From Escherichia coli (lineage in GTDB: Bacteria; Pseudomonadota; Gammaproteobacteria; Enterobacterales; Enterobacteriaceae), in assembly GCF_044324875.1 (NCBI RefSeq), contig NZ_CP172185.1: a DNA stretch of 64,000 nucleotides; one strand, 5' to 3'. Below the pieces are notes generated by a model that was not told the DNA's origin, searched no databases, and was given only the letters and a program-made list of their open reading frames with translations. Shown here in pieces: positions 17,016 through 27,348 of the stretch (position 1 is its first letter; each line of letters starts with the position of its first letter). The translations under genes were made by a program, and so were the position numbers.

Positions 17016-18766
17016 CAGAACTCCGTAACACTGAAGGGGGCGGCATCATGTTCACCGCCGACAGGTTCGTTGATAACGGCCAGCATGGTGGCCCATGCAA
17101 GATCGCCATGGCTTACGCCTCTTGCGCGATCTGTTTCGTAGGTGATAAATCCGGCCTGCGTTTTTGTTTTGCGTACCGCGTTAAAGGCGCTCACCAGTTC
17201 GCGCTCGCTGCGGTCGTACTCCCACCGCCCGGCGCGCATGAGCTGCAGCATCTTCAGAACCAGCGTGCGCTTTGATGACAGGGTGAAGGTGTAGGGAATG
17301 GCTGCCGGAAAAAAGCGCTTCACAATCTGATACACCGCATCCCCGTGACCGCCGGTTACGTCAATACCGATATGCTCAACGTTATAGCGAAAGGTGAACT
17401 CTTCAATGACCTTCGCCTGCGCCTCAAACTCCAGCCCCTGCACCCGCCGCGTCTCCACGGTGCGAAAACGCCCGCCCGGTACGGCTGGCGGCACCACCAC
17501 GACAACCGCCCCGCTGTCACCGTTCCCGCTACTGCCGTTGGCGTCGTACCCAATCCACACAGGGCGGTTCCCCATCGGACGCGGTGCAAACGGCTTCCAG
17601 TCCGGCCACTCGTCGTATCCGTCAACACCGCAGCCAATCAGGATATTCAGGTTAAATGCCGATTCCCCTTCGCGAGCAAATTCACACATGTAGAGATTGC
17701 GGAACTCGTCTTCAGTGTTATTGCGCCGGATTTTGTCAATGTTGGTTAACGTCCATCCCTGACTGACCACATCTTCCAGCGTCACAATTTGCCGCCAGAT
17801 ATAGTCAGGACAGATAAGGCCGTTATGAAGCGCATTCCAGCTCACATCAAAATGCTGACGTTTATGAGTACGAAGCCCTTCATTCCAGTGATCGCCGTTC
17901 CAGTATGCATACGCCTCATGTGTTTCACTTGATGGCGTGGAAAAATAGGTACACCGCAAACCATCCAGCGTTGCCATAGCAGCAGCCACCTTGCGCAGCT
18001 CTGCGAAACGCCCCGTCCAGAAAAACTCATCAAAATACAGATTCCCTGTGTACGCTTGCGCGGTGGCCGCAGAAGTGCCGAGAAAATGCAGCTCTGCACC
18101 GTTGGAGAGGATGACTTTATCGCCCCCTTTCAGTTCCACATCAACTTCAGATGCAGCCTTCTGAATAATGCTTTTAAACTGGAGCGCCTGACGACGAGAC
18201 GCAGACAAAAAAATCTGGTTACGCTGGTAAGGTTGTGCCACATCGTCACGCAGCGCCATCAGCAGCGCTTCCTGCGCAAAATACCAGGTCGCCCCAATCT
18301 GGCGGGATTTCAGGATCATCCTGTCAGTAATTCCGGCACGCTCACAGGCACCGATAGCATCAAGCCATTTGCGCTGGTGTCCGGCCAGCCTGTCGGTAAT
18401 TTTTTCCCGCAGCGCCGCGATCTGTTCCGGCGTGAAATGATTTTTGCGTTTTTTCGCCCGGCCTTTCTTTCCTGTTGCCGTCTCATCCGGCAGACCGTCA
18501 TGCAGCTTTTTAAGCTGACGGGTCAGCAAATCAATTTCCTTAAAGTCCCCGCCTGTTTTATTCTGTTTTTCCGTGAGCTGAATGAGTCGCGCATCCATGG
18601 ACTGCGTGACACGCTGAACCGGGGGCGTCTCATCCCACTGGTCGCGTTTTTTCCACGAATGGATCGTGTTCTGGTTGATACCCATAAGGCGGCAAATTTC
18701 CGCAACAGGGTAACCCTGCCAGTACAGCTGGCGTGCCCGCTGGCGAACAAATGTATCCTGAATCAT
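17015..18766 (-). CDS. P: Terminase large (ATPase) subunit, P2 gpP family
   Basis: 583 aa; N-terminal HTH-like segment and ATPase-sized body; Q-P pair on the strand opposite to the capsid operon. Confidence 0.85.
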   Translation of the reverse strand: MIQDTFVRQRARQLYWQGYPVAEICRLMGINQNTIHSWKKRDQWDETPPVQRVTQSMDARLIQLTEKQNKTGGDFKEIDLLTRQLKKLHDGLPDETATGKKGRAKKRKNHFTPEQIAALREKITDRLAGHQRKWLDAIGACERAGITDRMILKSRQIGATWYFAQEALLMALRDDVAQPYQRNQIFLSASRRQALQFKSIIQKAASEVDVELKGGDKVILSNGAELHFLGTSAATAQAYTGNLYFDEFFWTGRFAELRKVAAAMATLDGLRCTYFSTPSSETHEAYAYWNGDHWNEGLRTHKRQHFDVSWNALHNGLICPDYIWRQIVTLEDVVSQGWTLTNIDKIRRNNTEDEFRNLYMCEFAREGESAFNLNILIGCGVDGYDEWPDWKPFAPRPMGNRPVWIGYDANGSSGNGDSGAVVVVVPPAVPGGRFRTVETRRVQGLEFEAQAKVIEEFTFRYNVEHIGIDVTGGHGDAVYQIVKRFFPAAIPYTFTLSSKRTLVLKMLQLMRAGRWEYDRSERELVSAFNAVRKTKTQAGFITYETDRARGVSHGDLAWATMLAVINEPVGGEHDAAPFSVTEF

Positions 18767-18920
18767 TTCTCCCCCTCATGTGATTCAGGCAGTTTACTCA
18801 CCCCTTACAGGCCTCCTGCCATGCCCGGTGTTGTCGGCATTCGCTTACAACAAACGCACTTTGTCTGTCCCTGCCCCGTTTTGCCATCATGAGACAAACG
18901 ATCATCACGAGGGCCCGACA

Positions 18921-19757
18921 ATGCCTGAACAGAAAAAAACATCCCGTAAAACATTCCGCGTGGCCGTTTCCGGTCCCACCGCAGACGGTCGCGAAATCAG
19001 CGCCGCAGATTTGCGCGCGGCGGCCAGTAACTTCAACCCTGAGATTTACGGCGCACGCGTGAACGTGGAGCACTGGCTTTCACCGGTTCCGTCCAGTGAA
19101 TTTTCCGCCATGGGTGATGTGACGGCACTGAGCACAGAAGAAATCACCGAAGGTCCGCTGGCCGGTCGTACTGCGCTGTATGCGGAAATCGAACCCACCG
19201 ACCGCATGAAAAATCTGGTCTCCCGGGGTAAGAAAATTTACTCCAGTATTGAGCTGGCACGAAATTTCACCCCTACGGGCACCCCGTATCTTATTGGCCT
19301 TGCCATGACAGACACCCCGGCAAGCATCGGCACGGAGCGTCTTCAGTTCGCCCTGCAGCAGCGCCGTTCGGTCATGACCTTCAATAATCAGCAGACGGAA
19401 GCACCGATGTTCTCTGACGCCATTGAGGCTGAAGTGATCGAACTGACGGAGCGCCGCAGCGAGGAAGGTGCGCAGTGGTTTAACCGCGTGATGAACATGA
19501 TTGGGCGAGGACGCAGGGCTGACGACACCCGGTTCTCCCGCATTCATGACGCCGTTGAGGGGATAGCCTCATCGCATGCCGACCTTCTCGACCGCTTCAG
19601 TGCACTGGAATCGCGCCATCAGGCAGACAGACAGAAAGTCGCCACCCTGTCCACTGAGCTGGCAGAGCTGAAAAACAGACTGCGCGGACTGGACGCTGAT
19701 CAGCAAAGTCGTTTTACGGCAACCGGCGGGCAGTCCAGACAACTGGCTGACTACTGA
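18921..19757 (+). CDS. O: Capsid scaffolding protein, P2 gpO family (278 aa from ATG 18921)
   Basis: Position and size as P2 O; coiled-coil-rich C-terminus; ORF track start 18780 is a 5' over-extension. Confidence 0.8.
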   Translation: MPEQKKTSRKTFRVAVSGPTADGREISAADLRAAASNFNPEIYGARVNVEHWLSPVPSSEFSAMGDVTALSTEEITEGPLAGRTALYAEIEPTDRMKNLVSRGKKIYSSIELARNFTPTGTPYLIGLAMTDTPASIGTERLQFALQQRRSVMTFNNQQTEAPMFSDAIEAEVIELTERRSEEGAQWFNRVMNMIGRGRRADDTRFSRIHDAVEGIASSHADLLDRFSALESRHQADRQKVATLSTELAELKNRLRGLDADQQSRFTATGGQSRQLADY

Positions 19758-19785
19758 CAGAAATAACCACAAGAGGTGATAACCG

Positions 19786-20925
19786 ATGAATCTGATCATG
19801 AGCGATGCCGCGCGGGCCGAGCTTTTTGCTTACCAGGCACAACAGGCAGAGATGAATAACATCACGATATCTGCGCTCTCCTCCCGCTTTTCGGTACAAC
19901 CGGCAGTGCAGCAGAGATTTGAAAACGCATCAAAGGAAAGCCATGATTTTCTTCAGAAAGCCAACAGCATTGGTGTGACAGAGCAGAAAGGTGAAAAGGT
20001 ACTCCTGGACACCACCGGGCCGGTTGCGCGCACGAACAGCAGTTATGACGGTACAAATCGTCGTAACCCGCTGAATGTGGTGGACATGAAAGCGCGACGC
20101 TATGAGTGCGAGCAGGTGAACTACGACACCTTCATCTCCTACCCTCAGCTTGACATGTGGGCCGGACACCCTGACTTCCAGCTGCGTGTGAGTCGCCAGA
20201 TTGCCAGACAGGTGGCACTTGATCGCATCATGACAGGTTTTAACGGTACGCACCATGCGGAAGTCTCGGATATAAAAAAACACCCGCGACTTGAGGACGT
20301 CAATAAGGGGTGGCTGCAGGATATCAGGGACCAGGCCCCGCAACGCGTCATGAAAGACGTGATGCTGACTGCGCGCAATATGGACAATTCGGTGGCATAC
20401 ACCGGCAGATACGCCAATCCCGATGCACTGATCCAGGATGCACGCTCATCCCTGCTTGACGAATGGCACAAGGACGCAGACGACCTCGTTGTCATCATGG
20501 GGCGAAACCTCTTTAACTCCCTGCGCCTGCCGGTCCTGAACAGTATCAGCATGCAGAATGCGAATGCCGAACTGCTTGCCGGACAGCTCATTGTGTCAAC
20601 GCGGACCATTGGCGGCCTTGATGTGTACCTTGCGCCATTTTTCCCGGCTCAGTCAATGCTCATCACCTCATTCAGCAACCTGTCGGTTTACTGGCAGAAG
20701 GGGTCCATGCGTCGTCTCATGAAGGATGAGCCCGAATACAACCGTATCGCCATCTATCAGTCCGTTAACGACTGCTATGTGGTTGAGGACCATGGTAAGT
20801 GCGCACTGATTGAGAATATCAGCTTTGCCGAATATGACCATGACGCGCCGGACTGGTACCGGGACGCCACAAAAGCACTGTCAGCGCAGGCTGAAGACAG
20901 GGATGCAGGGGAAGAGGAGGATTAA
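19786..20925 (+). CDS. N: Major capsid protein, P2 gpN family
   Basis: Several collinear motifs shared with P2 N as recalled (YECEQVNYD, DFQLR, FNGT, LVVIMGR, PAQSMLIT, YVVEDH). Confidence 0.9.
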   Translation: MNLIMSDAARAELFAYQAQQAEMNNITISALSSRFSVQPAVQQRFENASKESHDFLQKANSIGVTEQKGEKVLLDTTGPVARTNSSYDGTNRRNPLNVVDMKARRYECEQVNYDTFISYPQLDMWAGHPDFQLRVSRQIARQVALDRIMTGFNGTHHAEVSDIKKHPRLEDVNKGWLQDIRDQAPQRVMKDVMLTARNMDNSVAYTGRYANPDALIQDARSSLLDEWHKDADDLVVIMGRNLFNSLRLPVLNSISMQNANAELLAGQLIVSTRTIGGLDVYLAPFFPAQSMLITSFSNLSVYWQKGSMRRLMKDEPEYNRIAIYQSVNDCYVVEDHGKCALIENISFAEYDHDAPDWYRDATKALSAQAEDRDAGEEED

Positions 20926-20927
20926 CC

Positions 20928-21710
20928 ATGCTGACACCGGCACAGGCTCATTTCCAGCGCGTGATGGCTTTACGGGCAGGAACGGCAGCAGAAAACGAGG
21001 ATATCGTGGCCCGCACGGCTCATGAGCAGGTCCTTCACCGTCTGCGCCTGGCACAGCAACGCATAAAGGGCGTCCAGGCAAAAGCGGCAAAGGCCGCGCT
21101 CAAGCGTGAAATGCTGCCGGGTTTTGCAGGCTGGATAGACGGCACGCTGGAAGCCGACGGCGGACAGCAGGATGAGGTGATAGCCACACTCATGGTGTGG
21201 GCCGTGGACTGTGGCGACCTGGCGCTTGCACTGCGCATCGGGGATTATGTGGTTCGCCACAACCTCACGATGCCTGACAACTTCGGGCGTACGGCAGCCA
21301 CGGTACTGACCGAGGAAATCTGCAACCCTGTTCTGACACAGGCCGGAACGGATGCACACGCCGATTTGTCCGGCTACATCGAACCGCTGGACACCCTCTG
21401 GCAAATTGTCGCGAACCGGGACATGCCCGATGAGGTCCGCGCCAAGCTGTGCAAGGCATGCGCCTTTGCCCGTCGTGGCCTGACCGATGCCGACAGCATG
21501 GCGGTGAGTCTGAAGCTGTTCCGTGAGGCAATGCACCTTAACCCGAATGCGGGGGTAAAACGTGAGATTGCCACGCTTTCACGGGCCCTGAAAAAGGCCG
21601 GACAGGATGAAGCCGCTGCCGCACAGGAGCCTGCGGCACAGAAAGATACAACCAGAGAACAGACCACGACGCCGAAGGCGAAAGCGAAAGCGAAGGCGAA
21701 ACGTGGTTAA
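20928..21710 (+). CDS. M: Terminase small (endonuclease) subunit, P2 gpM family
   Basis: 260 aa, position after N; Lys/Ala-rich C-terminal tail. Confidence 0.8.
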   Translation: MLTPAQAHFQRVMALRAGTAAENEDIVARTAHEQVLHRLRLAQQRIKGVQAKAAKAALKREMLPGFAGWIDGTLEADGGQQDEVIATLMVWAVDCGDLALALRIGDYVVRHNLTMPDNFGRTAATVLTEEICNPVLTQAGTDAHADLSGYIEPLDTLWQIVANRDMPDEVRAKLCKACAFARRGLTDADSMAVSLKLFREAMHLNPNAGVKREIATLSRALKKAGQDEAAAAQEPAAQKDTTREQTTTPKAKAKAKAKRG

Positions 21711-21812
21711 CGGCTGACCCCGTCAGAAGGCGGCGTGCCGGGCGTTCCGGTTACGGTTTTCCGTTCCCCTTACACCCGGCACCCACCGCTTTTTTTTCTG
21801 AAGGAGCGATTT

Positions 21813-22307
21813 ATGAGCATGGTCGCAAGACCGGAAGCCGCCCCTGCGCGGGACGACATCACCGACACCGACGACGGCGACGCCACCATCACCGCCGGGG
21901 CATTCTGGCCGGAGATTGTGCTGCGGGAGCTGCGCCTTGCAGTACGCCTGCCGGGCCGCATCACCTCCACACGTCTGGCGCACGTTGCCACGGGAGCCGT
22001 GGCTCACGTCACGCGGGAGCTGGAAGAGTGGCAGCAGGCGCAAATCGCCGCAGGATTCAGCACGCTGACAGACGTACCTGCCGCCACCATCAACGGTGAG
22101 AGCGTCAACGCCTGGCATTACCGGCACGCCGTCTACAGCGCCACCCGTGCCCTGATTCTGGAGCGCTGGCGGGATGTGGACACCACCGACAAGGGGGACC
22201 GCAGGGCTGACGCACTGGATGAGCAGGTGGAGGACCTGTGGCGCGACGTGCGCTGGGCGATTTCCGATATTCTCGGCTTTCCCCGTCTTTTTGTGGAGCT
22301 TGTGTGA
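21813..22307 (+). CDS. L: Capsid completion protein, P2 gpL family (164 aa from ATG 21813)
   Basis: Position after M, size as P2 L; stop overlaps the X start. Confidence 0.75.
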   Translation: MSMVARPEAAPARDDITDTDDGDATITAGAFWPEIVLRELRLAVRLPGRITSTRLAHVATGAVAHVTRELEEWQQAQIAAGFSTLTDVPAATINGESVNAWHYRHAVYSATRALILERWRDVDTTDKGDRRADALDEQVEDLWRDVRWAISDILGFPRLFVELV

Positions 22308-22504
22308 TGAAAGTGAGGGCACTTCAGGGGGACACCGTCGATTTACTCTGTTTCCGGCACTACGGCACCACGCAGGGGGTGACCGCACAGGTACTTGATG
22401 CCAATCCAGGGCTCTGCCGCCAGGTAATTCTGGAAGCGGGACAGGAGGTGGAGATGCCGGAGCCGGAAAGGAAACAGCAACGCGAAAAGGTAAAGCTATG
22501 GTGA
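22307..22504 (+). CDS. X: Tail protein X (65 aa)
   Basis: Small ORF MKVRALQGDTVDLLCFRHYG... at the position of P2 X. Confidence 0.7.
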   Translation: MKVRALQGDTVDLLCFRHYGTTQGVTAQVLDANPGLCRQVILEAGQEVEMPEPERKQQREKVKLW

Positions 22505-22788
22505 CGGGATTTTTTCAGCGCGTCAGTGACTGGATCACCTTCTGGGCGTCAGTGACGGCAACAACCATTGGTGTTATGACCATCAGCGAAAAAATTGCGC
22601 TGGCCGGGCTGCTTCTGGGGTCACTTTCCGCCATCCATGCCTGGTGCCACCGCAGGCGTACGGAGCAGGCAATGAAGCGCCGCAATGACCTTATCGCCCG
22701 CATCCTGGCACGTTCAGAAAACCGCGAGCTTCACGACGGTGAGAGACGGGCACTGGACAGCGTGAGACAGGACGGAGAAGAGCGGTGA
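22498..22788 (+). CDS. Putative holin (96 aa)
   Basis: Small protein with hydrophobic segment(s) immediately upstream of the endolysin. Confidence 0.5.
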   Translation: MVTGFFQRVSDWITFWASVTATTIGVMTISEKIALAGLLLGSLSAIHAWCHRRRTEQAMKRRNDLIARILARSENRELHDGERRALDSVRQDGEER

Positions 22789-23330
22789 AACTGCCGGTAA
22801 AACGTTATGCGGTGGCGGCCATTGTGGCGCTGGGCGTCTCCATGGCACCCGGTGAACTGAGAACCTCACGGGAAGCACAGATAAAAATCGCCACCCGGGA
22901 AGAGTGCCGGGCGACACCGTACCGGGATATTGCAGGAGTAATGACCGTGGGATGTGGTTCAACAGGGGGCGTGGAGAACCGGGTTTACGGAGAAAAGGAG
23001 GTGGCCCGCCGCTGGGTGAATGACCTGCGGCACGCGGAAAACTGTATCAACCAGAACTTCAGCGGTGCCGCCATGCCCCAGTCCGCCTTTGAGGCGATGA
23101 CCGACGCGGCGTTCAACGTCGGCTGTACCGGCCTGATGTGGTACCGGGACAGGAGCGGCAACCGGCAGCGCACCACCATCTGGAAGCACGCACAGGCGCA
23201 CCGCTGGGTGGCGATGTGCGGGAGACTGACCGATTTTGTCAACAGTGGCGGACGCCGCTCACAGGGGCTGGTTAACCGCCGGGAGGAGTTCAGACAGTGG
23301 TGTCTTCGCGACACGGGAGGCAGCACATGA
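22785..23330 (+). CDS. Endolysin (lysozyme-type), possibly a signal-anchor-release form
   Basis: 181 aa with hydrophobic N-terminal segment (YAVAAIVALGVSMAPG) followed by a lysozyme-like region (TPYRD...GVMTVGCGSTGGV). Confidence 0.7.
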   Translation: MKLPVKRYAVAAIVALGVSMAPGELRTSREAQIKIATREECRATPYRDIAGVMTVGCGSTGGVENRVYGEKEVARRWVNDLRHAENCINQNFSGAAMPQSAFEAMTDAAFNVGCTGLMWYRDRSGNRQRTTIWKHAQAHRWVAMCGRLTDFVNSGGRRSQGLVNRREEFRQWCLRDTGGST

Positions 23331-23734
23331 GACCGGTTTACGCCGTGATTGTTGCCCTCATGGTGACCACCCTGACGGCGGCGGCCATGTGGCAGTCATA
23401 CCGGCTGGGGCGTGCCGGTGAGGCACGTGACGCCGCAGAGCAGCAGCTGGGCGAATACAGCCGGGCGCTGCGTGAGTCCTCCGCCGTTATCAGCGATGCC
23501 TCCGCCGTACTGCATGAGGTGATGACGCAGCGACAGAAAAGGGCACAGGAAGGAGAAGTCAGACGTGAACAGCTTCGCGAAATTGCTGCGACGGATGAGT
23601 GCGCCGGCACTCTTCCTGACCACCGTTTTACTGACCGGCTGCGCGAACACACGGAACGCGCCACTGCCCGCGCCCTCCTTCCGGTTCATTCCGGCGGGAC
23701 TGACGACGGGAACACGGCCCCCGCCCTTCCCTGA
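23327..23734 (+). CDS. Spanin inner-membrane subunit (Rz/LysB-like)
   Basis: N-terminal transmembrane helix then coiled-coil-type charged region; contains the embedded lipoprotein ORF in another frame. Confidence 0.65.
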   Translation: MRPVYAVIVALMVTTLTAAAMWQSYRLGRAGEARDAAEQQLGEYSRALRESSAVISDASAVLHEVMTQRQKRAQEGEVRREQLREIAATDECAGTLPDHRFTDRLREHTERATARALLPVHSGGTDDGNTAPALP

Positions 23735-23879
23735 ACACCCCACATGGGGAAATATCGGGATATGGAGCGACAGCCTCCTGGATGCACTGGAAACCTGCAA
23801 CGCAGACAAACAGGCCATTGAGGCGCTGGAGCGCCGGAGACTCAACCGACAGAACGGAGGGGGACATGCTGAAAAGTAA
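23565..23879 (+). CDS. Spanin outer-membrane lipoprotein subunit (Rz1/LysC-like), embedded in and extending past the i-spanin gene
   Basis: Lipobox LLTGC after a signal-like N-terminus, Pro-rich mature region; out-of-frame overlap with 23327..23734. Confidence 0.65.
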   Translation: MNSFAKLLRRMSAPALFLTTVLLTGCANTRNAPLPAPSFRFIPAGLTTGTRPPPFPEHPTWGNIGIWSDSLLDALETCNADKQAIEALERRRLNRQNGGGHAEK

Positions 23880-24330
23880 ATCCCTGAGCACACACATGAG
23901 TACAGCGTGCCGGTGGTGCAGGGCCAACCCGGAAAAGTTCACCGTGTTCATTGAACGTGGCGGGATAGAGACCACCGGCGAGACGCCGACGTTCGTGTAC
24001 AACTACCGGCTCGTGATGTTCGTCATGGACTACACGGGCGACCTGGACGACCTGACGCTTCCACTGATTGTCTGGCTGGCAGAGAACCAGCCGCAGTTGC
24101 TGCTTAATCCTGAGCGCAACGGCGATATTCAGTTCACGGCGGCCATTAACGACGACGACAGTGCGGACGTGCTTTTTGAGCTGCCGCTGCGCGAGCGCGT
24201 GCGCGTCACCCGCAGGGATGACGGCACCCTCACAACGGAACATCTGCCGGAGCCGAAATCGCGCATCCCGCAGGACGGCGACTGGTCGCACATTCTGGAG
24301 GATGTGACGTGGGAGGTGACCGGTGACTGA
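23866..24330 (+). CDS. R: Tail completion protein, P2 gpR family (from ATG 23866)
   Basis: Position after the lysis genes as in P2; GGAGGGGG ribosome binding site before ATG 23866. Confidence 0.7.
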   Translation: MLKSKSLSTHMSTACRWCRANPEKFTVFIERGGIETTGETPTFVYNYRLVMFVMDYTGDLDDLTLPLIVWLAENQPQLLLNPERNGDIQFTAAINDDDSADVLFELPLRERVRVTRRDDGTLTTEHLPEPKSRIPQDGDWSHILEDVTWEVTGD

Positions 24331-24964
24331 CAGGGCTTTCACTGAACTGGACCGCACAATGCGGACCATCAGCAGCGGACTTTCCCCGCAGGCACTGAGC
24401 CGCATTGCCGGACAGCTTGCCAGAGAGGTTCGCCGCAGCCAGCAACAGCGTATGCGCGCACAGAAAGCGCCGGACGGTACACAGTGGGAGCCGCGCAGAC
24501 GGCGCATCAGCCGCCTGCAGCAGCGTATCCGCTTCATCCGGAACAACGAAACCCGCACGCTGAAAAACTGGCATCACGACGTGAGCAGACACGGACGCAC
24601 CATCACCGGCTGGGATGAGGATAAGGGAGGCCTGCGCACCTTCTACCGGGAGGATATCACCCGTTATCTTGAAATCAGCACCCGCCGCATCAGCCGCAAC
24701 GCCACAAAGACCGTACCGATGTTTGCGAAGCTGCGCACGGCACGCTACCTGAAAGCCAGAGGCGATGCGGGCGGTCTGACCGTCGGTTATGACGGCGTGG
24801 CGGCACGCATTGCCCGCGTTCACCAGTTCGGGGAGCGCGACCGGGTGGCCGCAGGGGTGTATACGGATTATCCGGCCCGTGAACTTCTTGGAATAACACC
24901 GGCAGATGAACGGCTGATTGCCGACAGGCTACTGAACCGCATTGCGGGAGAAATATCATCATGA
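24323..24964 (+). CDS. S: Tail completion / virion morphogenesis protein, P2 gpS family
   Basis: Position between R and V; overlapping starts and stops. Confidence 0.7.
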   Translation: MTDRAFTELDRTMRTISSGLSPQALSRIAGQLAREVRRSQQQRMRAQKAPDGTQWEPRRRRISRLQQRIRFIRNNETRTLKNWHHDVSRHGRTITGWDEDKGGLRTFYREDITRYLEISTRRISRNATKTVPMFAKLRTARYLKARGDAGGLTVGYDGVAARIARVHQFGERDRVAAGVYTDYPARELLGITPADERLIADRLLNRIAGEISS

Positions 24965-25542
24965 ACGCGGAGCTTATGCGCCTTATCAGCAACATTATCA
25001 GAACCGGCGTGATTTTCGACGTGAACCCGCAGACCTGGGAGGTCCGGGTGCGCAGTGGCGGACTGGAGACAGGGTGGCTTCGCTGGAGCACCGCGCGGGC
25101 GGGCGCGTTCAGTGTCTGGGTGCCGCCAGCCACCGGTGAACAGGTGGCGTTCGTCTGTATCGGTGGTAATCCCGAAACCGCGATAATCATCGGCAGCCTC
25201 TGGAGCGATGATATCCCGGCACCGGGCAGCACACTGAAGGAAATCATCATGACAGCACCGGACGGTGCGGTATTCCGCTACGATGCAGACGCCGGTGCAC
25301 TGGAGGTTAAGGGGATTAAAACAGCCAGCATTCAGGCCGACACGCGCATCACCCTGGACACGCCGGAGGTGGTGTGTACCCGCAAACTTATCACCGCCAC
25401 CCTGGAGGTGCAGAACGGCGGCGAGATGCGCGGCAGCATATCCCACAGCGGCGGCAGCCTGACATCCAACGGTATCACCGTTCATACGCACACCCACGGT
25501 GGCGTCAGGACGGGCCCGGGCACCACGGGAGGCCCGCAATGA
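24961..25542 (+). CDS. V: Baseplate spike protein, P2 gpV family
   Basis: 193 aa, position and size as P2 V; Gly-rich C-terminus. Confidence 0.8.
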   Translation: MNAELMRLISNIIRTGVIFDVNPQTWEVRVRSGGLETGWLRWSTARAGAFSVWVPPATGEQVAFVCIGGNPETAIIIGSLWSDDIPAPGSTLKEIIMTAPDGAVFRYDADAGALEVKGIKTASIQADTRITLDTPEVVCTRKLITATLEVQNGGEMRGSISHSGGSLTSNGITVHTHTHGGVRTGPGTTGGPQ

Positions 25543-25889
25543 CCGCTGTTTACAGGGGGATGAACCCGCAGGGAACCGGCACGCTGAGCGACAGCGAACA
25601 CCTGAAAAACAGCGTGCGGGATATCCTGACCACACCGCCAGGCAGCCGGGTGATGCGCCGCGAATACGGCAGCCTGTTACCGGACCTCATCGACGAGCCC
25701 ATGAACGACACCACGCGTTTACAGTGCATGAGCGCCACGGTGACTGCGCTGGCGCGCCATGAACCCCGTATAGCACTGCAGAACGTCGATGTGAACTGGC
25801 GGGCTGGCGGACGCGCCGTGGTGACGTTATCCGGCATCATCACCGAAACCATGCAGAACATCACATTCAGTATCACCCTGAGGGAGTAA
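25539..25889 (+). CDS. W: Baseplate protein, P2 gpW family (116 aa from ATG 25539)
   Basis: Position after V with ATGA overlap. Confidence 0.8.
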   Translation: MTAVYRGMNPQGTGTLSDSEHLKNSVRDILTTPPGSRVMRREYGSLLPDLIDEPMNDTTRLQCMSATVTALARHEPRIALQNVDVNWRAGGRAVVTLSGIITETMQNITFSITLRE

Positions 25890-25892
25890 ATC

Positions 25893-26789
25893 ATGCCTTC
25901 CGTTGACCTGTCACAGTTACCGGAACCGGCCATCATCGCGCAGCCGGATTTTGAGTCCATCCTGGCAGACATTAAAACCATGATGGTGAGCTCCTTCCCG
26001 GAAGAATACCGCGCCGCCGTCACCCGTGCCCTTACTCTGGAATCCGAGCCATTGAACATCATTTCCCAGGCCATGGCCTTTCGTGAAATGCTGCTTCGCC
26101 AGCGCATCAATGAAGCCGCCCGCGCCTGCATGCTCAGCCACAGCCGGGGCAGTGACCTGGACAATCTGGCCGCCAACAACAACACCCGCCGCCTGGTCAT
26201 TCATCCGGCCACTGATACCACGGAAGCAGTGATGGAAAGCGACACATCGCTGCGTCTGCGTGCCCAGTCAGCCTGGGACGGCCTGAGTGTGGCCGGACCG
26301 TCCGGCGCGTATGAGTATTTTGCCCGGAGCGCAAGCGGTCTTGTCCGTGATGCGCGCGCCATCAGCCCGTCACCGGCCACAGTCACCGTCTCCATCCTGT
26401 CAGCAGACGGTGACGGCACCGCCGGTGAGGCGTTACTGAACACGGTGCGGACCGCCCTGAATGCCGAGAACGTGCGCCCGGTTGCCGACCGCCTGACTGT
26501 GCAGAGTGCTACCATCGTGAACTGGGAAATGGAAGCGAAGCTGTATTTTTATCCAGGGCCGGAGTCTGAACCCATGCTTGCGGCCGCTGACGCCGCTTTC
26601 CGTGCATGGCTGGCAGACCAGGGCCGTATCGGTCAGGACGTGGCCCTGTCAGCCATCACTGCAGCGCTGCATGTTCACGGTGTCCAGCGCGTTGAGGTCA
26701 TAAAACCCACGCAGAACATCACCATCAGTGACACTCAGGCAGCCAGATGTACCACATTCAGCATCAGCGAAGGAGGACGCAATGAGTGA
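25893..26789 (+). CDS. J: Baseplate assembly protein, P2 gpJ family
   Basis: 298 aa (P2 J about 302 aa as recalled), position after W. Confidence 0.8.
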   Translation: MPSVDLSQLPEPAIIAQPDFESILADIKTMMVSSFPEEYRAAVTRALTLESEPLNIISQAMAFREMLLRQRINEAARACMLSHSRGSDLDNLAANNNTRRLVIHPATDTTEAVMESDTSLRLRAQSAWDGLSVAGPSGAYEYFARSASGLVRDARAISPSPATVTVSILSADGDGTAGEALLNTVRTALNAENVRPVADRLTVQSATIVNWEMEAKLYFYPGPESEPMLAAADAAFRAWLADQGRIGQDVALSAITAALHVHGVQRVEVIKPTQNITISDTQAARCTTFSISEGGRNE

Positions 26790-27345
26790 CAGGAAAAAAA
26801 CAGACAGCGCACAGCACAGTACATCACTGCTTCCACCGTCCGCAGGGCCATTCATGCGCGCCACAGAGGCGACAGGAGTACGCATCAGTGCCATACCGGT
26901 GGACGCCGACACCCTGTGGTCGCCGGACCGCTGCCCTGCTCACCTCCTGCCCTACCTTGCATGGGCATGTTCCGTTGACAGCTGGGACCGCAACTGGCCG
27001 GAAGAGACCAGGCGACAGGTGATTCGGGACGCATGGATGATACATCGCCACAAAGGGACCATCAGTGCACTCCGCCGCATCGTTGAACCACTGGGCTACC
27101 TCATCCGTGTATCAGAATGGTGGGAGTTTGACGGCTCGCCCGGGACCTTCACCATTGAGATTGGCACACTTGAAACCGGAGTAAGTGAAGAGGTGCATGA
27201 AGAAATGGAGCGTCTGATTGCCGATGCGCGCCCCGTCAGCCGCCACCTCGTGGGGCTTAGTATCATCCAGGAAATACACGGTGCCATTTACGCCGCTGCC
27301 GCAGGTTACGACGGCGACATCATCACCATTTACCCGGAAGACTGA
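26782..27345 (+). CDS. I: Baseplate protein, P2 gpI family (187 aa from ATG 26782)
   Basis: Position between J and the tail fibre gene. Confidence 0.8.
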   Translation: MSDRKKTDSAQHSTSLLPPSAGPFMRATEATGVRISAIPVDADTLWSPDRCPAHLLPYLAWACSVDSWDRNWPEETRRQVIRDAWMIHRHKGTISALRRIVEPLGYLIRVSEWWEFDGSPGTFTIEIGTLETGVSEEVHEEMERLIADARPVSRHLVGLSIIQEIHGAIYAAAAGYDGDIITIYPED

Positions 27346-27348
27346 ACC

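Noticed and set aside
18056-18892. 278-aa plus-strand ORF
   Set aside because: Antisense to the terminase large subunit gene.
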